Positions 1 through 11,249 of a stretch of DNA of 39,327 nt are shown here, in pieces. The notes under the pieces were generated by a model. That model was given only the letters and a program-made list of their open reading frames with translations, searched no databases and was not told the origin of the DNA. This DNA is from a phage: assembly GCA_033696785.1 (NCBI GenBank), contig GCA_033696785.1_4550.1. The stretch is one strand, 5' to 3'. Each line of letters begins with the position of its first letter. The first letter of the stretch is position 1. The translations under genes and the position numbers were made by a program.

Positions 1-40
1 AAAAAAACCCCTCAAGCACCCGAAGGCACCCAAGGGGTTT
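1..40 (-). terminator. T-phi-like late terminator downstream of the capsid gene
   Basis: Minus-strand RNA CCCCUUGGGUGC-CUUCGG-GUGCUUGAGGGG followed by U7; the stem closes only with G-U wobbles on the minus strand. Closely resembles T7 T-phi as recalled. Confidence 0.8.
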
Positions 41-43
41 CAA

Positions 44-198
44 TTAGTTGTTGGACTCAGCCAGTTTAGCGGCCCTGTTCGCAGCACGAGTACGCGCAGC
101 TTTCTGTTGAGGAGTTAGAGTATCCTCTTCAGGTGCAGCCGCTACTGTAGCGACGTTAGGTTGGCTAAAGGTGCTTACGCCGCTGGACTGAAAACCAG
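44..198 (-). CDS. Minor capsid protein 10B C-terminal extension, reached by -1 ribosomal frameshift from 10A
   Basis: Slippery G GTT TTC (plus 190-196) lies 4 codons before the 10A stop. The -1 frame then stays open about 52 codons to a TAA at 44-46, just before the terminator hairpin; the other frame hits TAG almost immediately. Confidence 0.55.
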
Positions 199-1218
199 TG
201 CGCCAGCTGCTTCAGGACGCAGACCACCGTGACCCATAGCGTACTTACCAACAATCAGGTCGCCCTGAGCATCGACGTCACGGTCACGTTCCAGCGCCAA
301 GTCACGCAGTTTAACGGTACCCACAGCAGAACGGTGAGAGAACAGGCCCACAACGTTGTCAAGAGCAACTTTAACATCACCACCAGCGGTAGCTGGGAAG
401 GCGTGCTTCTGACCAGTCGCAATAGTGATACCATCAGCACCACGAGTTTCACCAGCACCGCCCTGAGTCAGGTGTGGAACTTCAACAACCACAAAGCCCA
501 TTACGTTACGGATGTTACCAGTTTCAGGATCAATTAGCGCAGCGTAGTTAGCAGCGTTAGGCATCAGAGCCGCCAGAATAGCGGAGTAGTTGTCCGGAGT
601 GGTGTAGAAGTAACGGTCGCCAGCAGGCACGTAGTTTGAAGTCAGCTTAGCACGTGCGATAGTCAGTTGACCGATGATTGCTTCACCCAGCTTAGCGGGA
701 GTGTCTAGGTCAGCTTTCTTACCAACTTCCAGTACGGAGGCAGTGCCTAGACCAGCAATGTTCTCGTTGGATGCAGCCGGAAGGTTGCACAGGATAGCCG
801 TTTCAGCTAATACCGCACCATCGGCAGCGATAGCCAGAGCTTCACCTAGCTGGTTGGAATACTCGCCAGCCACGTCATAGTGGTTCATAGCGTCTTCAAT
901 ATCGAAAATCATCACATCGGCAGTCAGCAGACCATCAATGGTAATCACTTTCTCGGTATGTTTGATGCCTTTGCGCTTATCGGACAGTCGCTCACCTGGA
1001 GCAAGATACACACCAGAGGTGCGACCCATTACCGGGAACTGAGCAGACTTACCGTTCTGAATGGTACGGACAATATGCTTGTCAGCCGTTACAGAGCGGC
1101 GAGTGAATGCGGTCAGGACTTCACCAGCAAAGACCTTCAGGAACAACGCCAGAGCGTCGGAACTAGATTTGCCTTTACCTTGGTCTGTACCAATTTTCTG
1201 ACCCGGAACGTTTGCCAT
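175..1218 (-). CDS. Major capsid protein (T7 gp10A homolog)
   Basis: 347 aa colinear with T7 10A (FLKVF..GEVLTAF, KVITIDGLLTADV, NVMGF.VVEVPHLT, KYAMGHGGLRPEAAG). Promoter at 1321-1343. Confidence 0.96.
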   Translation of the reverse strand: MANVPGQKIGTDQGKGKSSSDALALFLKVFAGEVLTAFTRRSVTADKHIVRTIQNGKSAQFPVMGRTSGVYLAPGERLSDKRKGIKHTEKVITIDGLLTADVMIFDIEDAMNHYDVAGEYSNQLGEALAIAADGAVLAETAILCNLPAASNENIAGLGTASVLEVGKKADLDTPAKLGEAIIGQLTIARAKLTSNYVPAGDRYFYTTPDNYSAILAALMPNAANYAALIDPETGNIRNVMGFVVVEVPHLTQGGAGETRGADGITIATGQKHAFPATAGGDVKVALDNVVGLFSHRSAVGTVKLRDLALERDRDVDAQGDLIVGKYAMGHGGLRPEAAGALVFSPAA

Positions 1219-1320
1219 ATGATAATTCTCCTATTCAATTGAAAGATAAAGTTTATTACTTACTGTACGCCCAATCCGTATGGACTGAAGTAATAGGGAA
1301 ACCTTGAGTCTGTCTCTTGG

Positions 1321-1343
1321 TCTCCCTATAGTGATAGTTTAGT
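1321..1343 (-). promoter_or_regulatory. Phage RNAP promoter (phi10 equivalent)
   Basis: Plus strand tctccctatagtgatagtttagt, i.e. minus strand ACTAAACTATCACTATA-GGGAGA (-17 to +6). Confidence 0.85.
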
Positions 1344-1344
1344 C

Positions 1345-2229
1345 CTACAGGCTAGATGCAGCTACCTTAGCGCGAACTTCCATCGTGTACTTAGCGTCAC
1401 GCAGGTATCGCGGGTCACTCATAGCCTTAATCATGTCAGCCTTGGAGCTGAATGCTTCGGTCTTAGGAGCCTTAGGGGCTACCACAGGTTTAGCCTGAGT
1501 GGTGATGGTACGCTGAGGTTTAACGCCCACAGCTTTACCCAGAGTCTTGCCAGCCAGATTCAACAGAGCTTTGGTAGTCGCAATGTCCTTACGAACGATA
1601 GCAGCTTCCAGTGCTTCACGAGTTGACGGGTCGGTTGACTCAAGGTGGGACAGGATGCGATTAAACTGTTCAGCTCCACCAGCGTAGCGAACCACACCAG
1701 CAGCATACTGTTCAGCCAGAGCTTCCTGACCACGGACAAACGAATCTACGAAACGCTTGGTGTAACCTGCTTCCTGTAACTTAGCGTAGGATGCGTCAGA
1801 CAGCTTACCGTCCTTGGCGTATTCAGCCTTGATAGCGGTAATTTCATCAGCAGTGACCTTGCCAGCTTCTACAGCAGAAGACACCATGTCGTCAAATGCA
1901 GCTTCGTTTTCATCCAGAGCGGTGACACTTTCGGTCAGCTCTCTAGGTGCATCACCCAGTTCGACGAACTCATGTTGTTCATCATCGGTCTCAGACTCTT
2001 CGTCATCTGACTCGTGGTCTTCACCACCCTCAGTCTCTTCGACGTTTTCGTCTTCTTCGGAAGCCTCTTCGTTTTCGTCTTCCAGTTGCTTGAAGGTAAT
2101 AGCGTCGTCGCCATCACGAACAGCTACGTCCTGTTCAAGCATAGACTTTTGGTGTTCGTTCAGGTCCTCAACGGAACCAGTGATTGCATTAGAGCTAACG
2201 CCGAACTCGGCATAAACTGATTGAGACAT
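1345..2229 (-). CDS. Capsid assembly (scaffolding) protein (T7 gp9 homolog)
   Basis: 294 aa, very acidic, with T7 gp9-like N terminus (VYAEFGV) and C terminus (KAMSDPRYLRDAKY). Confidence 0.92.
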   Translation of the reverse strand: MSQSVYAEFGVSSNAITGSVEDLNEHQKSMLEQDVAVRDGDDAITFKQLEDENEEASEEDENVEETEGGEDHESDDEESETDDEQHEFVELGDAPRELTESVTALDENEAAFDDMVSSAVEAGKVTADEITAIKAEYAKDGKLSDASYAKLQEAGYTKRFVDSFVRGQEALAEQYAAGVVRYAGGAEQFNRILSHLESTDPSTREALEAAIVRKDIATTKALLNLAGKTLGKAVGVKPQRTITTQAKPVVAPKAPKTEAFSSKADMIKAMSDPRYLRDAKYTMEVRAKVAASSL

Positions 2230-2326
2230 TGAGTCGTTCTCCTTTAAGTCGTTAATAGGTAAACACCTACTTGCAGTTTGGGACTAACGGCTACCATATG
2301 GTCGGCTTAGTCGCTCTTACTTTCGG

Positions 2327-2349
2327 TGTTCCTATAGTGATAGTTTAGG
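2327..2349 (-). promoter_or_regulatory. Phage RNAP promoter (phi9 equivalent)
   Basis: Plus strand cctatagtgatagtttagg immediately upstream of the scaffold gene. Confidence 0.85.
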
Positions 2350-3913
2350 CTTGAGCCATGTCCTCACCAGCTCCTTGACCTACAGCAGCGCCCATGTTAG
2401 CACCAGCAGCAGACGCACCGTTGACCACAGCTCCTTGAGCGGATTGTTCAGCCATACGTTGCAACTTCTCGTCCTGGGTCAGCAGCAAGCCAGCAGTATC
2501 AATACCTAAGGCATTCAGCAGTCGCAGCTTCAGGGTCGGCAAGTTAATGTCTGGGTCCTGTTGCAGAGGCTGTAGCCCGGTCATCATGTTGACTGCCTGA
2601 GTTAGCTTCTCTAAGTCTTGACCACGACCTAACGCTTCAAGACCAGTGGAGACCGTAGGCTCTACCGCTTCTTTCGGAAGGTCAGGAATCATGCCAGCAG
2701 ACTGAAGCTGGTTCATCAGCACACGGACGATAGGTAACTGAAGCTCTTGTGACTGCACTGAGTACACGCCACCTAAGGTCGCCTCCAGTTCGCCAGCAAC
2801 ATAACGAATCTCTTCAGCAGTGACCCGCTCGGCATTACGCTGAACAGCACTATTAAGAAGGAAGGCCCAGCCTAAACGTTGCTCTATAGCGTCAGCCACA
2901 GACTTAGCAATCGTAAAGTCCTGACCTTTCGTCAGTTGCAGGAAGTTGATGTCCTCAACGCGACCAGCCACGAACTCACCTGTAGCCGCCTTGTTCAGAC
3001 GTCGAGGTTGCGTGATGCCGTTCGGGTTAACGAGGCCAACCACCTTGGAGGCTACCTTAGCCATTTTTGTGATAGCTTCTGTAATTGTCTCTAGCGAGTT
3101 CAGGTCCCCAAGATACTCCTCGCAGTAAGAACGGCCATAGTCTTCGCCATCCAGTCGAACCATTCGTACCGGGATGTATGGACATGCAGTCAGCGGGTAG
3201 GAACCATCGGTCCCTGTAACCTCAATGCCTTCCACTTCCTCGTAGCGAAGATACTCGTCGTCCTGACGGTAGATGTGCGTATACACTTCAAGCTCGGTGT
3301 CAGGCTCATAGTCGTCTGCGTTGAGTTGAGACTTCACGTCTTCCGGTAGAGCACTAAACGCTACCTTGTCGAGAGTTACAATCTGCAAGATGTTACCGAA
3401 CGCATCACGTTGAACAACGTAAGACACTAAGCGATACATCCGCATCGGACTGTAGGTTCCTTGTTCTGGAGGAGGGATGTAGAGAAGGCAGTTACCTGAG
3501 ACGATAAGCTGCTTCAGCGCCTCGAATAATGGAACACGGAAACTGTTAGTCTCCATGTAGGCCATCAACACACGCTCTACCATAGCCAGCCCTTCGTCAA
3601 CACGAGCAGCCGCCTCTGAGTCCTGACTCAAGGTCTTTGCCTCATATTCGGAGACTGTAAGTCTCATCCACGGTGACTGAGGGAATAATGCCAACATCAG
3701 CTTTGCAGCCAAGTTGTTCAAGCAGCGAGCACCCACAGCTTGCCACGGAGTGGTGTACTCAGTAGACGAGTTGTCGGACTCCTTAGGAAACAGTGACGGG
3801 ATAGTGACAGCAGCACAGTTCTGAGCGCGTGTCTCATATGGCTGTCTACCGTTCTTCAGTCGGTCATAGACCGCTTTGGCCCCTTCAGCAGCGAACCCTT
3901 CACGTTCAGCCAT
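2345..3913 (-). CDS. Head-to-tail connector / portal protein (T7 gp8 homolog)
   Basis: 522 aa in the T7 gp8 position between gp7.3 and the scaffold gene. Confidence 0.93.
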   Translation of the reverse strand: MAEREGFAAEGAKAVYDRLKNGRQPYETRAQNCAAVTIPSLFPKESDNSSTEYTTPWQAVGARCLNNLAAKLMLALFPQSPWMRLTVSEYEAKTLSQDSEAAARVDEGLAMVERVLMAYMETNSFRVPLFEALKQLIVSGNCLLYIPPPEQGTYSPMRMYRLVSYVVQRDAFGNILQIVTLDKVAFSALPEDVKSQLNADDYEPDTELEVYTHIYRQDDEYLRYEEVEGIEVTGTDGSYPLTACPYIPVRMVRLDGEDYGRSYCEEYLGDLNSLETITEAITKMAKVASKVVGLVNPNGITQPRRLNKAATGEFVAGRVEDINFLQLTKGQDFTIAKSVADAIEQRLGWAFLLNSAVQRNAERVTAEEIRYVAGELEATLGGVYSVQSQELQLPIVRVLMNQLQSAGMIPDLPKEAVEPTVSTGLEALGRGQDLEKLTQAVNMMTGLQPLQQDPDINLPTLKLRLLNALGIDTAGLLLTQDEKLQRMAEQSAQGAVVNGASAAGANMGAAVGQGAGEDMAQA

Positions 3914-3924
3914 TCGTCACCTCC

Positions 3925-4173
3925 TTAAATAGAAATACCGCCACCAGAGGTGCGAGAGACCTGAAGGCTACGCTTACCGGAGCGCTTCACTTTCTTCTCG
4001 TCAGATGCGGTTGCTTCAGTATCCACATCCTCCACTTTGTCGTTCGGTACTTCCACTGGTGCTGCTGGGGTCTGAGCCTCAACAACCTTAGGTGCATCGT
4101 CAGAGCCAAGACCAACGGTCCCTAGCGTACTTTTCACCACTTTCTTGAAGGCCTTACTGATTGATTTACCCAC
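3925..4173 (-). CDS. gp7.3-like virion protein
   Basis: 82 aa starting MGKSISKAFKK and ending SLQVSRTSGGGISI, like T7 gp7.3 as recalled. Confidence 0.7.
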   Translation of the reverse strand: MGKSISKAFKKVVKSTLGTVGLGSDDAPKVVEAQTPAAPVEVPNDKVEDVDTEATASDEKKVKRSGKRSLQVSRTSGGGISI

Positions 4174-4570
4174 GATTAATCTCCTTAGTTGTTACGATGT
4201 CTACCGACCCGGAAACATGCTTGACACGAGAATACCAGCCAAGACCCCAACGCTTGCACTCTTCGTCTATGATGTGTCTGACAGTCTCAAGAACCTTGCG
4301 GGAGGACTGCGAGTCACGACGAATAGCGACGATTGAAAGGTCAAGACCGGGAGTCGGTCGGTGCCAAGATGTGGTAGCCAGCATGTAGAGATACGCTACT
4401 GGTTGACCTGAGACATCGTAGATTGTGTACTCTTCACCGTCGAACTCGTCAGCCATACGGTAAGTATGAGCCTTGAAGTCCTCGAATGACTTGAAGTTAG
4501 ACTGCCCGTCTTCCCAGAGGCGACAAGCGCACATGTGGCGACCTTCGCGTGAGTTGAGATATGGTAGCAT
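4166..4570 (-). CDS. gp7-like protein, assigned by position and size
   Basis: 134 aa between the gp6.7-like and gp7.3-like genes. No motif recognised. Confidence 0.5.
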   Translation of the reverse strand: MLPYLNSREGRHMCACRLWEDGQSNFKSFEDFKAHTYRMADEFDGEEYTIYDVSGQPVAYLYMLATTSWHRPTPGLDLSIVAIRRDSQSSRKVLETVRHIIDEECKRWGLGWYSRVKHVSGSVDIVTTKEINRG

Positions 4571-4574
4571 TGTC

Positions 4575-4799
4575 TTACCCCATGTTTACGCCAGAGGCTC
4601 GCATAGCGCGACTAACTGACGATTTATCTTTTGGTGCAGACTCCTTCTTAACCTTAAGGTCTTTGATACCTTTGGTCTCGTTGGTGTCTACATCCGATTC
4701 GGCCCCGATGTCAACTGACGCAACTTCCTCACTCAGAGGTGCTGGTTCAGGTGCTTGGACCGAAGGCTTCGGAGTGCTAATCTTTGGACTGAAACACAT
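4575..4799 (-). CDS. gp6.7-like virion protein
   Basis: 74 aa beginning MCFSPKISTPK, matching the recalled T7 gp6.7 N terminus. Confidence 0.7.
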   Translation of the reverse strand: MCFSPKISTPKPSVQAPEPAPLSEEVASVDIGAESDVDTNETKGIKDLKVKKESAPKDKSSVSRAMRASGVNMG

Positions 4800-4813
4800 A
4801 GTCCCTCCTACAG

Positions 4814-5086
4814 TTAATCGAACTGAACGGTATCTTTCAGCTCACGACGCATAGCAATCGCAGAGTCGAGAGTGTCAGAACAATACTGGAGACCCTTGAT
4901 GAACCCGGCAATGAACGCATCGCTGTAGCCTTGCTGCTTGAGGAGACTGATAGCTCCCATCTTCTCAGCGTAGCTTGCGTTGAACAGTACGTGCAGGAAC
5001 TGGATGGCAGACTGGGAGATGTTAGGGACATCAAGTCTTTCTTCCTGTAACTGCTTAACAACGTTTTCAATAGCATTAATCGCCAT
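4814..5086 (-). CDS. Hypothetical protein in the gp6.5 position
   Basis: 90 aa with strong RBS (AAAGAGGAGA) and promoter 5148-5170 just upstream. Confidence 0.55.
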   Translation of the reverse strand: MAINAIENVVKQLQEERLDVPNISQSAIQFLHVLFNASYAEKMGAISLLKQQGYSDAFIAGFIKGLQYCSDTLDSAIAMRRELKDTVQFD

Positions 5087-5147
5087 CTTGAATCTCCTCT
5101 TTAAGTTAAGACTAAAGTCTATCTTATAGTCATATCTTAGGTCCTAA

Positions 5148-5170
5148 AGTCCCTATAGTGATAGTTTAGT
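5148..5170 (-). promoter_or_regulatory. Phage RNAP promoter (phi6.5 equivalent)
   Basis: Plus strand ccctatagtgatagtttagtg. Confidence 0.85.
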
Positions 5171-5296
5171 GTTTCACCTATGGAGGACTGTTGGATTGAT
5201 AGGATATGACTATCGGTTAGACTCAGTGTTTAGGGCGGTTGTTCGACCCGAACCACTTATACATGCAGTAAAGGGCCAGAAGTCCGGCCCAGTAAA

Positions 5297-6217
5297 TTAC
5301 ATGGATGGTGTCCACAGGATGACCTCCTTGGACTTAGGGTCATAGTCAGAGGCTCGACAAATACGAGCGACCTGAGCTTGTACCAGAAGTTCCTCCTCGG
5401 TCATCCCCGCTTTAGCAGCCAGAGTCACCATGCAGTCCCACAGCGTCATGTCGTCGCGCTTTGGATACTTCTTCCACTCAGTCTTAATCTGGCCTTTGTT
5501 CTTGCCAGTCTTAAGCTCACGTCTCTCCTGCACGAAGTAGTACGGCTCGTCAAGGAACGCGCGAGTGGTGTCCTCACCCATCCCCGGAATCCCGCCATAG
5601 CCATCTGTAGTGTCACCCTTGATGGTCTGCTCCATGTGCCAGTAGTCTGCCTCAGCAGTCGTATGACTCAGGATTTCACCAGTGGTTAACCAGAAGAACT
5701 CACAGTTCGGTATGGTCTTGAAGTCCTTATCGCAGGACACCAGCACCGCATGGTCACAGCCGACAATCTGAGGTCTGGTCCCGATGATACCCATACAATC
5801 ATCGCCTTCAAGCGTAGGACGCAGGAAGCTGTTGAACCGTGGGTCAGCCATCACTTCGGCTACGAACTTCTTGTAACCTACAGGCTTGCGCGAACCTTTA
5901 CGGTTGGCCTTATAGGTAGGCAGGACGTCCTTACGCCAGTTGTTATCGTCAGTAAAGCACATCACAATCTTAGCGTCTTTCCACGCCTTGCGCTTCTTAA
6001 CGATTTCATCGATGGTGTTATTAAGGATACGACGAGCCTTCTCGTGGTCGCAGATAAGGGTCCAGATGTCATCACCCCAGTCTGTCTCGTCCTCGGCAGC
6101 AGCCATAGAAGAGAACACTAAGTAGTCACCGTCCAGCACCAGAGCTATTTTCTTTTCGCTCACAGGCAGCCTCCGTGTTGGTTCAGGAACTTGGTGCCAG
6201 CAGCGGTAATCTCCCAC
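5297..6217 (-). CDS. 5'-3' exonuclease (T7 gp6 homolog)
   Basis: 306 aa with LVLDGDYLVFSSMAAAE and PVGYKKF motifs. The annotated start overlaps the upstream gene by 58 nt, so the true start may be a downstream non-ATG codon. Confidence 0.9.
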   Translation of the reverse strand: MGDYRCWHQVPEPTRRLPVSEKKIALVLDGDYLVFSSMAAAEDETDWGDDIWTLICDHEKARRILNNTIDEIVKKRKAWKDAKIVMCFTDDNNWRKDVLPTYKANRKGSRKPVGYKKFVAEVMADPRFNSFLRPTLEGDDCMGIIGTRPQIVGCDHAVLVSCDKDFKTIPNCEFFWLTTGEILSHTTAEADYWHMEQTIKGDTTDGYGGIPGMGEDTTRAFLDEPYYFVQERRELKTGKNKGQIKTEWKKYPKRDDMTLWDCMVTLAAKAGMTEEELLVQAQVARICRASDYDPKSKEVILWTPSM

Positions 6218-6369
6218 GCACCGTTGTTACGCCCATCCATAGACAGGCAGCTTAGATGTCCACGACTCGCAGCTTCAGCCACAAGTGCAGCGTTGTTGCG
6301 CACATAGTTGGACTGAAAGGTCTTCGGGCAGGACTTAAGGGCCGCTAGGACCCGTAAGTATTCACTCAT
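6160..6369 (-). CDS. gp5.7-like small protein
   Basis: 69 aa with KSCPKTFQSNYVRNNAALVAEAASRGH..C and GAWEITAAGTKFL, matching T7 gp5.7 as recalled. Confidence 0.6.
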   Translation of the reverse strand: MSEYLRVLAALKSCPKTFQSNYVRNNAALVAEAASRGHLSCLSMDGRNNGAWEITAAGTKFLNQHGGCL

Positions 6370-6674
6370 CGTTTGAACTCCACCCTGAAGTTACCAAAGC
6401 TCGGCTGGTTAGAGTAGTTGCTCAGGTATTCTTTCAGACTGTCGACAATACCTTTCTTAAAGACAAGTTCGACTGCAGCTTCCAGACCTTCAGTCACACC
6501 AACCTCTACCATCTTACGTTCAAAACCAGTTGTCTTCTCTCCGTTGAGGACCTTACGGCTCAGCTCACATAGAGTCTTCTTGTAGTTCTCCACGTCTTCA
6601 GTTGACAACACAGCACCCAGCGAGTACGAAACTCGCATACGTTTGGTCATAGCCATTAGTGACACTCCTTCCAA
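6366..6674 (-). CDS. gp5.5-like protein
   Basis: 102 aa directly downstream of the DNA polymerase gene; internal MAMTKR may be the real start. Confidence 0.5.
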   Translation of the reverse strand: MEGVSLMAMTKRMRVSYSLGAVLSTEDVENYKKTLCELSRKVLNGEKTTGFERKMVEVGVTEGLEAAVELVFKKGIVDSLKEYLSNYSNQPSFGNFRVEFKR

Positions 6675-8824
6675 GTTGGTCCAATCTTACCTTCGGTATC
6701 AAGGACACATTTAAAGTTATAGAACTCACCCACCTTACGCATAGCAAGTTGAGCAATCTTGACGACTTCTTCGGCAATCTCCTGAGTACGACACGCAATC
6801 TGTAGCTCATCGTGAACCCAAGCCATGTACGCGAAGTCTCCTTCCCAGCCGTGGACATACCCGGCCTCTTCAAGCATACGTTCAGTCTCGACAATCCAGT
6901 GCTTACAGACAACCGCACCATCACCTTGAAGCAGAGCGTTAAGTGCTGAGTGTGGCGACCGGATGTGAATTCGCCGACCATCCAGACCTTTCAGCCAGCG
7001 ACGTTTCCACTTCACGATGTTTTCACCATCTACCCACTTCGACTCTGAGATGAGCGTGTTCTGCACAGCCTCTCGCAGGTCCTTGATCGCTGGTGTACCC
7101 TCAATGAATTTCTTCATCAGGGCTGCACCTTCCTTCTTACCACCACCAACTATCAGTCCAATCTTCGCGGCCCCTGCACCATACAGGAACGCATAGATGA
7201 ACGTCTTGGCGTTATTACGGAAAGCATCGTGGTCATGGCTCGACTTGTCGCGTGGGACGTTAGGTGCTAACCCAGCGTTGACTGCGTTGGCCCAGTGGAT
7301 GTCACCTTCGACCACAGTCTTCGCATAGTCGCCACCATCAAACGGAGCCGCTCGGTTCCCCAGACAACGAAGCTCAAGACCTGAAGCATCCACGCCTACT
7401 TGAATCCAAGGGTCTGGCTTACCGTCCTTCTTGTTCCACGCTGCACCGAAAGCACCACGGCAAGTCTCACCATACGGAGCACCGTTAGCCGGGACCTGAG
7501 CCATGTTTGGTGAACTATGGGTAGCACGTCCGGTTACTGCACCACATGGGTTGATTGAACCATGCATACGTCCGTCTGGACCTACAAGCTTCAACCATGC
7601 GTTCTTACCTTCAGCAGCCTGCCCGATGCGCTTCTGGACCACCAGATACTCACGGACCAGCTCTACGCAAGCCTGAGCCTCTGCGTCTGGTAACTTAACG
7701 TGTTCTAACGTCTCGTCATCAACTACAGGTTTCCCAGTGTCAGTGAAGTCCACAGGCTCCCAACCGCGCTCCATCAAGACTTTCGCTAAGTGGTCTCCGC
7801 TTCCCGGATTAAACTCAACGTAAGTGATTGGCGTGAATGGTGCTCCATCCATCGTGTCTCGCGTATCGCGTTCACAAGGTTCAAGACCTAAGCGTTGAGC
7901 TTTGTTCTTAGGTTTCTTAAAGATTCCACCGACCTTAGGATACACGACTCTCGGATACTTCGGAAGGTCCTTACCTGTCCGTGGATGCCTGAAAAACTCC
8001 TTGCCCCCCTTTGGTGCATACCAGCTACCAAAAGTAGAGCGCAGCTTGTCTAGTAACTCCGCACGTTTGACAGTGAGTTCACGATATAAGCCTTCGACCA
8101 TCTCGGTGTTCATCGGATAGCCGTTACGTTCCATCTTCGCACAGGTCCACGCAGCATCATGTTCCAGACGCAACGCATAAATCTGTTCGAAAGCGAACTG
8201 TTCAGACTGGAAGTAATACTTGTCAGTCAGGAACTTCTTGAACAACGCCAGTGTGACCACAACGTCCTGAACGTTATAGTCCAGCATCTCCTGAGACGGG
8301 AACAACCATTCGTCCCCAGACTTATATTCGATACCTTCGGCCTTGCACTTGGCAACGTAATCGTGTTTGTACTCACCCTTCATCTCACCGAGACGATAGC
8401 CCCAAGCCTCAAGAGACTGACGTCCCATCAGCTTAGGCGGCAGACGACCGGCTTTCACCGCGCCCATGTCTGAGAACTTAATGTTGGGATACATCAAGCG
8501 GCCCAGAACCAAGGTATCAATCATCTTGTGTTTCGGGAAGTTAAAGCGTTTCCCAAAGTACAGACGTTTCAGCTTGTCAATAGCCGGGACGTCGTAGTTG
8601 ATACCGTTATGGAAGACCAGCATACCCGTAGGCGTTGCAGCAATTTCTTCCACCTTCTGTACATACTCTTTGAAGCCACCGACGATACCGACCATCGGCG
8701 CTACACCATACTTAAGGGTCTCATTCGACTCGGCATTAATCAGGACCCCACAATGGAACTGGGACACGGTGTCAAGGAGACCGTTGGTCTCGATGTCGGA
8801 GCCATAAACGTTACTTAAATCCAT
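6656..8824 (-). CDS. DNA polymerase, family A (T7 gp5 homolog)
   Basis: 722 aa with an N-terminal 3'-5' exonuclease region (MDLSNVYGSDIETNGLL) and polymerase motifs (DASGLELR, FIYAFLYGAG). Confidence 0.97.
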   Translation of the reverse strand: MDLSNVYGSDIETNGLLDTVSQFHCGVLINAESNETLKYGVAPMVGIVGGFKEYVQKVEEIAATPTGMLVFHNGINYDVPAIDKLKRLYFGKRFNFPKHKMIDTLVLGRLMYPNIKFSDMGAVKAGRLPPKLMGRQSLEAWGYRLGEMKGEYKHDYVAKCKAEGIEYKSGDEWLFPSQEMLDYNVQDVVVTLALFKKFLTDKYYFQSEQFAFEQIYALRLEHDAAWTCAKMERNGYPMNTEMVEGLYRELTVKRAELLDKLRSTFGSWYAPKGGKEFFRHPRTGKDLPKYPRVVYPKVGGIFKKPKNKAQRLGLEPCERDTRDTMDGAPFTPITYVEFNPGSGDHLAKVLMERGWEPVDFTDTGKPVVDDETLEHVKLPDAEAQACVELVREYLVVQKRIGQAAEGKNAWLKLVGPDGRMHGSINPCGAVTGRATHSSPNMAQVPANGAPYGETCRGAFGAAWNKKDGKPDPWIQVGVDASGLELRCLGNRAAPFDGGDYAKTVVEGDIHWANAVNAGLAPNVPRDKSSHDHDAFRNNAKTFIYAFLYGAGAAKIGLIVGGGKKEGAALMKKFIEGTPAIKDLREAVQNTLISESKWVDGENIVKWKRRWLKGLDGRRIHIRSPHSALNALLQGDGAVVCKHWIVETERMLEEAGYVHGWEGDFAYMAWVHDELQIACRTQEIAEEVVKIAQLAMRKVGEFYNFKCVLDTEGKIGPTWKECH

Positions 8825-9216
8825 GTAGCACCTCCAATCGCTCGGGCTATTGTCCTATGCCCTACGCCGTATTTCTCTCCCAGAGAGCGGTGAGTCCATC
8901 CACCAGAAGCGTACAATCTCTTAGCCTCGGCTACAATTTCAGGTGTCAACTTGGCGCATCCCACTTTTACACCCTTTGCTGTACGTCCACGGACATCCCG
9001 GTCCTTAACGTTATCAGCTCGTGTCCCAAGCTCTAGGTGATCAGGGTTATAACATGACGGGTTGTCACACTTATGACGGACAACCAGTCCCTTTGGTATT
9101 GGACCATTAGCTTCCTCATACGCTATGAGATGTAGCCTACGGACTTTCCCATTGACCCTACGCATGCCATAGCCGAACTTATCTCGGCACCCGGTCCACT
9201 CAATACAGTCAATCAT
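8815..9216 (-). CDS. HNH homing endonuclease (paralog 1)
   Basis: 133 aa with CIEW..GYG and LVVRHKCDNPSCYNPDHLELGT core, between the primase/helicase and polymerase genes. Confidence 0.88.
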   Translation of the reverse strand: MIDCIEWTGCRDKFGYGMRRVNGKVRRLHLIAYEEANGPIPKGLVVRHKCDNPSCYNPDHLELGTRADNVKDRDVRGRTAKGVKVGCAKLTPEIVAEAKRLYASGGWTHRSLGEKYGVGHRTIARAIGGATWI

Positions 9217-9240
9217 AATGTCTCCTATAGTCTAATCATA

Positions 9241-9270
9241 AAGGCCACTCGAAGTGAATGACCTTGAGTC
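9241..9270 (-). promoter_or_regulatory. Candidate RNase III processing hairpin
   Basis: Motif AAGGCCAC-N12-ATGACCTTGAGTC (plus strand); minus-strand RNA pairs AAGGUCA with UGGCCUU. Same element at about 17020 and 25211. Confidence 0.4.
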
Positions 9271-9292
9271 TATCCTACAGTGATAGCTTAGT
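9270..9292 (-). promoter_or_regulatory. Phage RNAP promoter, CTGTAGG variant
   Basis: Plus strand cctacagtgatagcttag, i.e. minus strand AGCTATCACTGTAGG. Confidence 0.65.
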
Positions 9293-9452
9293 AGTCTGTA
9301 CGCAAGAAGTGATACATGAACTTCCGGTTAGCTTTCTTCCATGCCTCAGAGTTGAACCGCTGGTCTCCCAGAATGTTGGACAGGCAGGTTGCTTCATCGC
9401 TCCACCATTTGTACATGAACCTGTGGTAGCTGGCTTTAAGTTTCTTTAACAC
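9288..9452 (-). CDS. Small hypothetical protein (GTG start)
   Basis: About 54 aa hand-translated (VLKKLKASYHRFMYKWW...) with GGAGGA RBS, between the primase and HNH genes. Not in the ORF track. Confidence 0.3.
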   Translation of the reverse strand: MLKKLKASYHRFMYKWWSDEATCLSNILGDQRFNSEAWKKANRKFMYHFLRTDY

Positions 9453-9494
9453 TAACGGTCCTCCGTAAAATTCTTATAGTCAGCGATGTCCCGA

Positions 9495-11198
<1,704 letters not shown>

Positions 11199-11249
11199 TC
11201 ACTCCTTAATCACAAATGCGAACAGAGGGACAGGACTCACGGTCCCATC

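Noticed and set aside
229-537. Plus-strand ORFs throughout (for example 229..537, 880..1242, 1814..2215, 5750..6121, 8159..8473, 15508..15933, 17348..17698, 22986..23417, 24701..25114, 28418..28708, 31769..32164)
   Set aside because: Each lies antisense to a minus-strand gene with clear T7 homology; none has its own promoter or a convincing RBS, and the whole genome is transcribed from one strand.
3050-3075. Promoter-like gtgatagcttc inside the portal gene
   Set aside because: Lacks the CTATAG or CTACAG initiation block; only a partial match within coding sequence.
6598-6981. Minus-strand 127-aa ORF overlapping the DNA polymerase 3' end and the gp5.5-like gene
   Set aside because: Alternative frame inside well-supported genes; low-complexity translation with no homology.
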